From positions 101,186,001-101,250,000 of the forward strand of contig NW_024704742.1 in the NCBI RefSeq assembly GCF_018977255.1: a stretch of DNA of 64,000 bases, given 5' to 3'. The stretch comes from Callorhinchus milii (taxonomy: Eukaryota). Position 1 is the stretch's first letter. The number at the start of each line of letters is the position of its first letter. The notes below the pieces were generated by a model that worked only from the letters and a program-made list of their open reading frames with translations, was not told the DNA's origin and ran no database searches. Below, piece by piece: positions 52,520 to 64,000 of this stretch. The position numbers were made by a program, and so were the translations under genes.

Positions 52520-53535
52520 TCCTTGCTTCCCCACATCCGGTCCCTGACCAGGACCACTTTCCTCCACCTCTGCCACATTGCCGATTCTGACTGTACCTTA
52601 TGCAGAAGCAGCCGAAACACTCGTCACCTCTCAACTCGACTTCTCAAATGTCCTCTTTGCTGGTCTCCCCATTTCCACAATGCACAACATCTAGCTGATC
52701 CAAAACTTCACCCCCCCACCCACATACTCACCCACACTAAAATCTGTACCCCTATCACATCAGTTCTGGGCAGACTCCACTGACTCCCTATTGCCGAATG
52801 GATTGATTTCAAGATCCTCACACTCGTTTTCAAATCCTTTCAGGCCCTGGCACCTCCCTACCTCTCCGACCTGCTTACCCCACAACCACTGCCTCTGCTC
52901 AACTGGCTCCTGCCTCCTGCATGCCCCTCGTGTTATCTGTTCCACCACTATGCCCCGAAACTCTGGAACACTCTTCCTCTATCACTCCACCTTGCCCCTT
53001 TCCCCATCTTCAGATTATCCCTGAAGACCTTCCTATTCAACCGTGCCTACGGTCACCTTCCTCTCCCCCCAGCTCGGCATCTTGCTCCACCACTGTCAAC
53101 CACTCTGGGATGCTGCCCTGCATAAGAGTGCTATAGAAATCCAAGTTGTTATTGTTGTTGTTGGAATGTGGAAAGCCCTACCTCTCCGGTCTCCCCAGCT
53201 CCATTATTCAAAAGATCCAGCTCATTCAGAACTCTGCCTTCCGCATACTTACCTCCTGGACCAAACTCTGTACCTGCTCGTCCCTTACACCCTCCGCCCC
53301 ATTATCAGAGTTCGCGCTTTCAGCCACTACACCCCAAAACTCTGGAACACACTCCCTCAATGCCTCCGCCTTGCCCCCTCTCTCCCTTCTTTCAAGTCCC
53401 ACCTGAAACCTTTCATCTTCGACTGTACTTATGGCCACCTCCTCCCCCAGCTCAGAGTCAGGCTCTACCACTGTTAAGTGCTCTGAGACGCTACCCTGCA
53501 TTGAGGGTGCTATATAAGTGCAAGCTGGTATTATT
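52520..53535 (+). mobile_element. Two tandem L2 3' fragments
   Basis: IQLIQNSA; RAFSHYTPKLWNTLP...FKSHLKPFIFD; tails at about 53150 and 53520. Confidence 0.85.
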
Positions 53536-54898
53536 GAGTACAGTGATGGAGCTACAGTCCATTGTAGTTTTCAAGAGCAAAGTAGACAGGTATATGAAAG
53601 AGAGGGACTTGAGGGGTTGGGGACAGTGGGGGAAGGGGGTCTCTGTGAGCCAGTGTGGACTTAATGGGCTTCTGCGCTGTAAATTTCTTTGTTTCTATGT
53701 TTCTACTCTATTTTGTATTTTAGAGCTTCCAAAACATGGCAAAATCTTAAATACAGCTTTAATTTTGAGGCTGGTTTATTGTAAGTTCTTTTAAGAGCTG
53801 CATAATAAGTGAACCTATTTAGTTCAATAAACAGTTTAACTGCTTGCGTGTCCCCATTTAGATTTGTTCCGCACAAGGTAGATTTTTGTAAGACAAAGTC
53901 AAATGAGTGAGAACCTGGACGTAGAGCATGAAGAACAAGTGTGTGGGAGGGCTCGAACAAGAAATCTTTATTTCATGCTGGCTCTGTGACATAGAGTGTC
54001 TATGTGTGCAAATCAATGCATTCAGAGTCTGAGGTGAGAAGGCGCTGACGGGAGTTGAGCAGCAGAGTCTCAAATATCTTATTAACATTTAGCTGAAGAA
54101 AATTCAGGAATCTGTCAAATACACCAAAGAGGTTGAAGAAAGGGAGAAAGAAAGCCCTGGTCACAGAAATGTAGCCTGTATGATATTCATTGCCATACTT
54201 TTCCATGATGCCATCAGTTGAGAAGCACAATTCTAACATTATTATTCCACTTATTTATTACTGTAGTAATCCTCTGTGGACTGAGTGTCCTTTTCCTGTT
54301 TTTTAACTGACAAGGATGTGTTCTATTATATAATTACAGAAAATGCACAAAGGATTTATGAGTCCATTGAAAGCAAACTATTAAAAGCAGAACGTGAATG
54401 ACATACAATTGTAGGCAGAACATGTCTTTTTTTTCTATTTTGGTGCATAAATGTTACTGCAGTCCCCAGAGGAACACAAATTAATTTAAAACAGAAACAA
54501 CTGCAGACTGACTCAAAAATAAGCAATGTCTATGTTGAACATCTGTTTAGAACATGGATTTATATTTGATTCATCATTCAGCTGCCTAACATAAATGTTT
54601 CCTTCTACATATTTCTTGTGCCATCAGCTCCCGAGTTTGCCTTCTCACATTCTCTAATGCCTTTTCATATTCCTCTACTGCAAAGAAAATCATTCTATGT
54701 TGTACTTTCTTTTCTCTTGGCTCAGTGAAAGACACATCTCCTGTGGGCAAAACAGTAGATATGTGATCTACTGCTAGATTCTTGTTAATGCCACTCCTGG
54801 AGCTAGCTGTTAAGAAGTGTGCAAGAGAGGTCATTGCAACTTTTTATGCTTGTGGTACAGTTTCTACTTCTTCCTGTTGTCATTCCTTGCTATCTCCT

Positions 54899-55263
54899 GG
54901 AGTCCTGTAGCTCAGTGATTAGAGCACTCGCCTCACAAGTGAGAGACCTGGGTTCTATTCCCAACAGGGCGAAATGTTGGGAAAGTTTCCTTACTCCACA
55001 TGTCTCTGTTTACCTAGCAGTAAGTAGGAACCCGTTTTTTAGTCGATTGGCGGATCACTTTTCTGGGGATAATAATCCCTCAAAAAAAACAATAACAATT
55101 TGGTCAGTCAATCCACTACTGATGTGGGACACTGCTGTGCACAAATGGCGGGTGTTTCGCCCACAAATACACAGTCAATTAACTTTACAATATATTCTGT
55201 GAAGCGTTTTGAGACATTTCGAAGACATGGTAAGGCGCTATATCAAATGCAAGGATTATTATT
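54899..55263 (+). mobile_element. Full-length tRNA SINE, long subfamily
   Basis: ggagtcctgtagctcagtgattagagcactcgcctcacaagtgagagacctgggttc, plus an internal segment absent from the young copies. Confidence 0.9.
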
Positions 55264-55667
55264 GTAATAATTGCTGTTGCTGTTGTATTCAAACCAAACT
55301 GAGGTTTCCATGTATCCCACTTACACATGGAAATATGTATTGGAATGCAATCAGATGTGAGCAGGCATCTACGAGGCATCGTAAAAGAGGAGCAGACTGG
55401 AGAGAGTGCTCATGGGAGCTGAGTTTAGAGCAGTCAGAGCGGAGACCTCAGGTGAGCCAAAGAGGCAGTAACGAGGCAGTATTCCTTTTTATTTTGATTC
55501 CTCACCTCTTCTCTGACCTCCTCCTTTACCTCTGTACACCATCCCTCTCCCTCTTTGGCTTTGGACCAAACATAGCCATAAGCACCATCCTCCCTCTCTC
55601 CCTCTGTGCTCTCTCCCTTAGCCCCTGCCATGCCTGCGGGTTGAGGATGCCCCCCTGACCGTTCTGC

Positions 55668-55975
55668 TCTGGGGTGCTGCTGGAGTCTAACCAGCTAAAA
55701 CTAGGTTATCATTGAAAGCAGCAAGCTTTCTTGCTGCTTGTCCAGATAGGACCATCCTAACTTTAGCGCTTTGGCTTGCAGGGTTAAGGGGAGCTGAGTG
55801 GGAAGAGTCCCTGCTCCCAATAACTGGTCTGTCCTTCTAAGTCTTGCTGATAATCCAAGCTGGCTGGACTGTCATTAGCAGTGCCCGGGAGTACTGTGGG
55901 GTCATCTGCTCAGGAATGGACTACCAAGAACTCCACAGAGGGTTGTCTCACTTCTGAAATTCTACCTGGCTTTGC
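55668..55975 (+). repeat. Unclassified interspersed repeat, 3' part (5' piece at about 55285-55350)
   Basis: ggggtgctgctggagtctaaccagctaaaact...cttgtccagataggacca...gctttggcttgcagggtt matches 58890-59130. Confidence 0.75.
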
Positions 55976-56034
55976 CAGGAAGACTATTTTGTCTTAAAAT
56001 TTAATATCTTTCAGAATTGTGGAAAATTAATAAA

Positions 56035-56091
56035 ATTAATTTGGAAGCTAGTTGTCTGCAGTTCTTAAAAATAACTAGCTTCCAAATTAAT
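56035..56091. repeat. Perfect 19-bp inverted repeat with 19-nt spacer
   Basis: attaatttggaagctagtt (56035-56053) / aactagcttccaaattaat (56073-56091). Confidence 0.95.
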
Positions 56092-56284
56092 ACTGATCTG
56101 AAGAATTTGTCACAATTCTGCACTTTCTTAAATTTCCAAACAAATGGACTAAAATTGGATTGATTCAGGCCTATGCAGCTTTTGTTTGCTTGTATAAGGA
56201 TATAAGGGAGTTCCTGTACAGGACATCCTCTTGGGATGTAGATGGTTGGCTTTGGAGTTTGTGGACGGTGTGGACTTGGTGGAT

Positions 56285-56366
56285 TAAACAGATTTCTTCA
56301 TCCGAAACCTCTCTTGTACATCACATTTATTGTTGTGCGAACTACAGTATGTAAGAAAAACTAACT
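56285..56366 (+). repeat. 82-bp direct repeat, copy 1 (copy 2 at 57283-57364)
   Basis: Ungapped manual alignment, 76/82 identical. Confidence 0.92.
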
Positions 56367-58675
56367 TGGTAGAGATTTTCTCATAAAAATACAATGGGGT
56401 TGATTTTGCAGTATTTCCTAACATATTTCTTATGAAGAAATCTGCAAGTGCATGTTGCTGACTTGTGGAAGGGCTGCTCCAGCTTAATCTATTTCCAGAG
56501 CAGGATTCCCTTGAGTCAGAGTCATGTGTGTGACATAGTCCAGTTAGCAACATAGATTTCATCTTGACACATCCAGCTGACCAGCATAAATGTTTCCCCT
56601 CTATATTTTTTGTCTCATCAGATGCTGAGTTTGCAAACAGCTTTTTTATATTCCTCTTCTACAAAGAAAATCATTGTATCTGAAATATTCAAACCAGGGA
56701 AATGGATATACATCAGATCCAGTTACCAGAAGGAGCCCCACTCTAATGTAATTAAGAAATCTATTAGATAATACAGCAGCTGCTGGTTTGGCTTGGTTGG
56801 TAGCACTCTTTCCTCTGGGCCAAAGATTCTGTGAGATCATAATCTAGGGCAATCACACCAACACAGTGCTAGGAGAGCATTGCATTATTGAAGGTACCTT
56901 CTTTCAGATGAAAGATAGCAATTTTATATAAATCCAATATAATAGAATTCTACAAAAGTAAATATTTTCAAGGATTGCATACAAAGCGATGAATACTATG
57001 GATTACAGTGACTTTGTGTAAGTGTGTATGTATGGGTGATGTGTATGTGTGTGCGTACGTTTTATGTGTGTGTAAGATTTATAAGAAGGATGGTTTGCAC
57101 GTAATTAAATTTCAGGACAGATACCAAGTATTTCTTTACAAATCATGCCATAATTGGCCACTGGAATGGATTATTAAGATGGATAGTTGAGGCTACATTG
57201 CTGAACTAATTTAAGAAATAGCTTGATGCTATGATGGGAGGACAGAAAGGTGGCTATTATGAAAGCATGAAATCAAATGGGCTAAACAGCTTTCTTCATC
57301 CAAAACCTCTCTTGTACATCACAAGTATTGTTGCGCGAACTACAGCATGTAAGAAAAACTAACTAAACATTGGCAAAATAAGCAGCACTACCTGCATGAG
57401 CAGTTATTTTTGGCACATGATCGATCATAAGGAGCCAGTCCGGAGGTGGGGGTGGGGTGGGGGGGGTTTTAAAAACTAATTCTCTTTTTAATATTCAAGT
57501 TATATGAAATGACTGCTTACAGAAGCAAAACAGGGAAAGCATAGGGTTGGATCCTTTCTGGATGACTAATCATAAAACACTTCTGAGATTGCCTACACTG
57601 TAAATCATGTTAAATCTAATGCTCATGAACCATCCTAGATTCCTTGAAGAACTCTGGTAAGTTAAATGCATAATCCGGTGGCTGACTCAGTATTGGGAAA
57701 ACAGATATTAATTCCATCGATCTGATAGGAATATTGAAATCCAGCAGCAAAGCTTGGAGTTCTCACATAATATCAGTGAAATGTCTTACACTTGTTGTGG
57801 GACTAGTAATTTGACTGCTAAATTTCGCCCACAAAATATAGTCAATTCACTTTACACTATATTCCGTGAAGCGTTTTGAGATGTCTCAAAGATGTGATAA
57901 GGCACTATATCAAATGTAAGGATTATTATTAGTAGTAATACCATGAGTGCTGCAGCCAGCACCAATTGACAACCACATTAAACAGCCACTACATCTGTGA
58001 CTCGCATGATATTGCAGCAGATAGGCTAAAATAAGAATGGATATTTAATAGCAAATGGAAACCATTCAAGAAGATACCAAAGGGAGTTCAATAAGTGTGA
58101 TACTATGTGGGCTGATAGACATTGATGGCAATTAGGAAGGGGGAGAGCAATTAAAGGCTGACAGACGGGAATGAAAGTTGAAAATTCCTAATTACAGGCA
58201 CTTAGAAACAAAGCTAGTTACAAGGTTAATGTCACATTGCCAAAATCAAGACTGCGATGGCTGTTGAGAGATCATAGTGGCATCGCCCCAGAGACCCGGG
58301 GGAAGTGAGAGATTCAGATGGTCTGACTTCTTCTAGTCAGAATATTCATAATAACAATTGGTCAACCAAGCAGAAAATAGAAGGAAAACAATAAAGTGTC
58401 TTTCATAAGCTCACTTCTAACTGACCTTATCGGTGGCATCCCGGCTGTATAAAGAAAACATTTCACTATTACAGTGCCTATCAAGTTAAAACATCTTATA
58501 ATACTTCACAAGTAATTACCACCACATGTAAAGACTGTTTTCGTATGAAAATGTGGCAGTCATTTGCACAAAAAAGCTCCAACAAACAGCCTGAGATGAA
58601 TGAATAGTTAATCTGGAAGATTGTTGGCTAGGACACTACGGGAAACTAACTCACTTCTCCTTTTGATTTTTTTTT

Positions 58676-59150
58676 GGCCAGCTGGGTGTCTGACAATGTG
58701 GAAACCAATAGCCATGCTTATGAGTGTCCAAACCAAACCATGCATTCCATCTACCCATGGAAATCCCAGAGATAGATTGTTGGAATGGAATGCACACTCT
58801 CTCCCTGGAGAGGTGTATCCTGCTTACCTAATTCCAGATAGTATTAGGTACAGGTTGTCAAGAGCCAAGGTTTGGGAACCCCAGAGTTGGGGTACTGCTG
58901 GAATGTAACCAGCTAAAACTGCAAAGCTTGCCATTGATATCACTGTCCAGAAAGCTTTCCCGCTACTTGTCCAGCTAAGACCACCTGTTAAGGCTTTGGC
59001 TTACAGGGTTTAACAGGAGTTGAGCAGGATCACTCCCTGCCCAGAGTGACTGGTCTGTCATTCCAGGTCCTGCCAATAAGCTAGTCTGGCTGTGCTGTCA
59101 TCAACATTGCCCTGGAATACTGCAGACCGACCTGGCTCATGAGCTGCACT
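58676..59150 (+). repeat. Unclassified interspersed repeat, most complete copy
   Basis: Collinear similarity with four other loci in the window. Confidence 0.75.
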
Positions 59151-59664
59151 ACCGAGACCGCGAGAGAGGGCTGCCTCGATACCGTAATTCCATTGTGAAG
59201 CATGTCCCCTTGGAGCCAGTTCAGCTTCATGGAGACACTGCTTACCTCCTGCCCCCCGCCAGGAGGATAGTCACTAGTTGGTCGTCTGACATCCAGCAAG
59301 TGCTGGTTTGAGCCTCACTAGACGGATGTTAGGTACAAGGAACTCCCTGCGAGCTTCCCGGTGGGCAATACATCACAGCATGAAATGCATGAGAGCATTG
59401 CCACCATCTTCCTATCTGCAGCTCTCCTTTTGAATAATGTCATTGTACCTTTAAAATCTACCCGAAGAAAGGAAGATAGAATCTTGGTTTAACACCTCAT
59501 TTGAAGTACAGACTATGACAAAGCAGTGTGCCCCTCCACACTGAACTGGACTGTCAGCCTAGGCTAACTTCTGATGTTCAGTTGTGGGACTGAGAATGTT
59601 TCTAACGTGTAAGTACGTCTTTGTAATAAGAAATCCAATTAATGAAAATAGTGACTTTGAAAAA

Positions 59665-59930
59665 CAGAAATTTACAGCACAGAAAAAGGCTATTTTGATT
59701 AATCATGTCTCTCTCTTTTAAGAACAACCCTCTCATTCCTATTTATTTGGTCTTTCTTCATACTCCTGTAGTTTATTCCTTTTTAGGTATATATCTAGTT
59801 CCCTTTTGAAAGCTAATATGGATTTTGCCTCATTCACTACTCCAAGGAGAATTTTGCATATCCCACCAACTCTTGTGTAAAAAAAATCTCCCGACTTCCC
59901 TGTTTGCTTATTTGCTAACTATCTTAAACT
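59665..59930 (-). mobile_element. Degraded CR1 3' end
   Basis: agaaatttacagcacagaaaaaggc reverse tail; ctagttcccttttgaaag...ccaccaactcttgtgtaaaaaaa. Confidence 0.65.
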
Positions 59931-60619
59931 GATGCATCTGTGATCGATTGAAATGCTAATGGTAAACAAAAATATGTTGCATCAATCCAAGGGAACATTG
60001 CACTAACATGAGTAGAGTTCCAGTTGGTTACCAGGAATTTAATAGGATTCCTGAGTAAGGCATCTTATGGATAAATGCTGCATATTAGATCTCTATACTA
60101 AATGCAAATAAGGTAAATGAAAATAAGGATTGTGATCCTATCGGTAATGTTCCCCACAGATCCAGCTGCTGATAGGTAATGATTGTTTGTAAAACAGCTC
60201 TTATTGAGCTCAGTAATGGAGCTGGTGTGGTGCATTTTACTGACAAAACTGTTATACTGCGGTCTTCAACTTTATTTACATTCTTCAGAATATTTTAACT
60301 GGTAACAAGTCATAGAGTTGGAAATTTAAACTAGAACTATTCTATTTATCAATCATATTTAACTGCTGGCTATGGCACTTATTCATCCATCCATATCTCT
60401 CTCTCTCTCTTACATGGCTATTTACTCTAACAGCTATTCATCTCTCACTCTCATTTCCAGTAAAATACCAATTATCTGTACCAGGGCAATTCTCTCCACT
60501 TGAAATAGTATTCTCCGATAAATAGCACAGCGCTACACATTCAGTGTTTATTGAACTTCTGTTTAACTGAGGCTGGCTGCTAACTCTATCATGTGATTGA
60601 ACTCTAATGTGCTGCTGCT

Positions 60620-60915
60620 GTTTAACAGTACAAGATCAGTACAGCACATGTATGGCGTAATAATGAGCTGACAGAGTATAGCATCATGCCATGTTAAAGT
60701 ATAACACTGAGAAGACTGAGTACAGCCTGTCTTAATGACATAATAAGGTGCTTTATCAAATGCAATGATTATTATTATCCCAGCACAATGCCAGGCATGT
60801 ACAGTGGGGAGACTGAGTACAGCACAGTATCTCACATGTACTGTATAACAATGTACTCAGTACAATGCCAATGCCAGACATGCACAGTATAACGCTAAGC
60901 AGACTCAGTACTGGG
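60620..60915. repeat. Degenerate minisatellite interrupted by a SINE tail
   Basis: Recurrent cagtacagcac / caatgccag.catg.acagt / agact(g/c)agtac motifs. Confidence 0.55.
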
Positions 60916-62712
60916 AGGAAGAGTTTTAATTAAACTTGCTTTTGGAGCCACCTTTCTACATCATCATGGTTTAATACTATGTTTTACTGCCAGATTTAAG
61001 ATGTGATTGACATTCTCCTAGTTACAAATCAATCATTTAACACTTGTCTTTGGAATAAGTAATTTCCCTGTCCCTTTAGTCCATCAAAAGCAGGATTGCC
61101 AGGGTAGCTCACTAATACCAGCTGGAGTTCATATATAATGTGAACCACAATATCAGAGGAGCTTTAACCCTTCCCCTGGGCTGGCAAACTCATGGCAGTA
61201 ACTAACATTGAGAGCATGTGTGGTCCATCAAAAAAGACCACACAGTGTGAATGCTTCAATTTCCTCTGTACAGCAACATCAGACAAATGAAACAAATTGT
61301 ATTTTTATAGTGCCTTATCACATCAAAACATTTAAAAGCATTTCACAAGTAGTTCCTGCCAAGTACAGTGAGTGTTTTTAGGCAAATGTTTTTACAATTT
61401 GCAGCAGCAATGATCTCCAAATAGCCATGAAGTGAATGACCAGTTTGGAAGGCTCTTGAACTACAATTATCAGAAGAAACTCCCTTTTCTTTCTGAATGG
61501 TGTCATGGGATCTTCAACGTCTTTGAATTAATATTTCATCCCAAAAGATTCCATATAGATTTAACCATTTATCAAGGAGATATTACTATCCATGGTGTAT
61601 ATCCACAGATTGGATTTGCTGCAATTGTAAGTTATCCCTTCACACTTGCCAGAGGACTGAGACAGATAAATGGCAACTGTTAAATGTGAAGAAAAATTTT
61701 GCTCTCGACTATTTTAACGTGAGTACGGTTCAAGTATTTTAACATGAGCACTGTTCACCGTTTGTCTTGCCACCATTAAAAGGGCAAGACAAGTTAAAGT
61801 GACGCAAAAAGCCTTCAGTAACTGATATTCAATTTATTGTTCTTTGAGCTGCTCACAAAGAAAAAGTCTGCAAGAAAACACAAGTGACCCACCAGCTCTT
61901 TATGCTACCCCACCAATGTTTGTGGTGTTAAGCGCTATTTCAAATGCAAAGATTATGATCAATTTGCACATAGCAAAGTCTCACAAACAGCTTGAGGTGA
62001 ATGATCAATCTATCTGGAGATGGTAGGTCCAGAAACTGGGAGTTTCTCCCAGTACTTTTAAAAGACAGGACTACAGCAATTTATAGCACCCTTCATGTAG
62101 GGTAACATTTGAGAGTTCTTTACGGACAGGGTTAGGCGCCGGGGAGAGCCAGTCGCCTTAGGTGTGTTCACAGAGTTAGGATTGGGGGTGGGACTTAAAG
62201 ACACAAAGAGAGGAGTGAGATGGAGCGATAGAGAGAGGGAGATCCATAGGTTGGTGGCATAGTTTTAATGGCCCATTTGAGTTTTCACAGCTACTCGTTG
62301 AATTAACTGATTGAGTATTCAAGGACAAGGGGAGAGTTTGGTTCTTGACTCCAAGCAATGGAAAGTCATGCTATCTTTAAGATAAGACTATTGAAATGAG
62401 GAATTCTATTGCTCTCCCTGTTACAGTATTTAGTATTTCAAGTACTCCTGGCAATGCCCAGCTATTTGTAATCACATCAGCAATAGCCAGCAGGGTTTTG
62501 TCAACTAGACTACGCAACACCAATGAACTCCCACATCTGTTCTCCCTCTGATGATTGGAAATTATAAAATCAGCCTGCTGCAAAGATAAAACTTGATTCA
62601 ATCGCAGCCCAATACTGAACTGAATTATGAAACTGAATCAATGGAAACATTTACAAATGATGTGAACATGAGTGACAAGCAGGCTCCTCCATAATGTCTT
62701 TCCTTGTTACAG

Positions 62713-62814
62713 ATTGATGGGAATGCGAGACGTAGTCTACTGGTGCCTCAAACCTCATGTCTGCTCTGTTTCCTTCATGTTCCTTGCCAAACTGTGGGTG
62801 CCCAGAAACTCTTG
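62713..62814 (+). other. Candidate exon (102 nt)
   Basis: tctttccttgttacag|ATTG...CTCTTG|gtaagg; two open frames; lies in TE-free sequence. Confidence 0.3.
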
Positions 62815-63310
62815 GTAAGGCAGGAAATATGAGGCCTGGTAATTTATAGAGAAATGAATCACAGCTGTTTTGCCCGCAGTTTAAACACAGAGCTTTCATT
62901 GAGCGCAGGAAAATCAGACGCTGTAGCAGTACAAATTATAAGATGCTGCAATTCATGAGGCATTTTGTTAAGATCTATATATAGCTTTGTGGCATGGGGA
63001 TGGGAAAGGAAAACAAGTGGAATATATCTTTTGTGAAAGGTATTCTAAGTTAAAACTGTTCCATGTGTCCAGTGTGCACCACAATACCTGTAGTGTTTTG
63101 CTTCAGTATAATAGATATGACCTTTCTAACTAAAATGTATGTATGATAGTGGGTTGCTGTGAGGAACCATTGAGGAAACATTTTCCTCTCAGCAGAATGG
63201 AACAACTATGTTCTAACAGCAGAATGAATAGGTCTCTCAGTATAGTCGGTAAATCCTCCCTCTCCCTCCGAGAAGCAATGCATTGAGATGGGCTTTGGAT
63301 TTTGTGATTC

Positions 63311-63670
63311 ATAATAATAATCTTTACATTTAGTAGAGTGCCTTAACATGTAATTGAGATGTCTCAAAGCCCTTCACAGGATATACTGTAAAGTGGATTA
63401 ACTGTATTTTGTGGACGAAATAATAAAAATCATCCTTGCAATTAACATAGTGCCTTTCATGTTGGAAGAAGTTCTCAAAACACTTCACTGGATTTATTCT
63501 AAGGGATTGTTGGTCAGGATACTGGGAGAAGATCTCTTCTGTTTTTGAATAGTGAAGGATCTTTAACATCCCCATCGCTGAGTGCAAGATCAGATTTTGG
63601 TTCATCTTCTCATTCAAGGACAGCACTTTCGACAATGCAGCATTCCTCCTGGAGTATCAGCCTACTAAGC
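63311..63670 (-). mobile_element. SINE fragments (two reverse tails plus old Deu-type core)
   Basis: Two reverse L2-type tails; ggtcaggatactgggagaag...ggatctttaacatcc...gacaatgcagcattcc. Confidence 0.7.
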
Positions 63671-64000
63671 TGTGATTGCCTTGTTTGCCTACAATGCAGT
63701 CAATACTTGAGATCTATTCCTTGTGAAGAGTTTTAAGACATTGCAAAATTGTAGATGCCATAAAAAAAATACAAGGGTTATTATACAGATCTGCAGGAAG
63801 GTTCGAGTTTCCTGTTCGTGCTGAGTTGATGTCAGCTAGGGGATGCTAAAATTAGTCTCAGTCTCTAGAGTTAAGCAAAGGAAAAATAGCTCAAATTCCT
63901 GCTCCTGGGCAACTTTTTAGGAACAACAACAACTTGCATTTATATAGAGTCATCCATGCCGGGCAGGGTCGTGGAGCACTTAGAGCCAAACCCTCCTAAA

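Noticed and set aside
53168..53794. Longest ORF (208 aa, Pro/Ser-rich)
   Set aside because: An off-frame read through L2 and CR1 remnants.

Overview
AT-rich eukaryotic (vertebrate) genomic DNA with no recognisable intact protein-coding gene; it reads as intronic or intergenic sequence. Retroelement debris dominates: 5'-truncated CR1 and L2 LINE fragments, many copies of a young tRNA-headed SINE with a Deu-like core and an L2-type (ATT)n tail, and older degraded SINEs. There are also small inverted-repeat (MITE-like) elements and an unclassified interspersed repeat present in five copies. This repeat content suggests a cartilaginous fish, probably a chimaera such as the elephant shark; that is an inference from recalled repeat families, not a search result. 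Nearly all ORFs in the supplied track are TE-derived or spurious. The notable non-TE observations are three local duplications (one matching almost exactly a 72-nt exon-like unit, TGG in one copy and TGA in the other), a chain of minus-strand exon-like segments that may form a spliced non-coding or pseudogenised transcript, a perfect 19-bp hairpin and two degenerate minisatellites. I cannot support a claim of a novel biological system; the candidates below are leads. TE boundaries are approximate unless stated.
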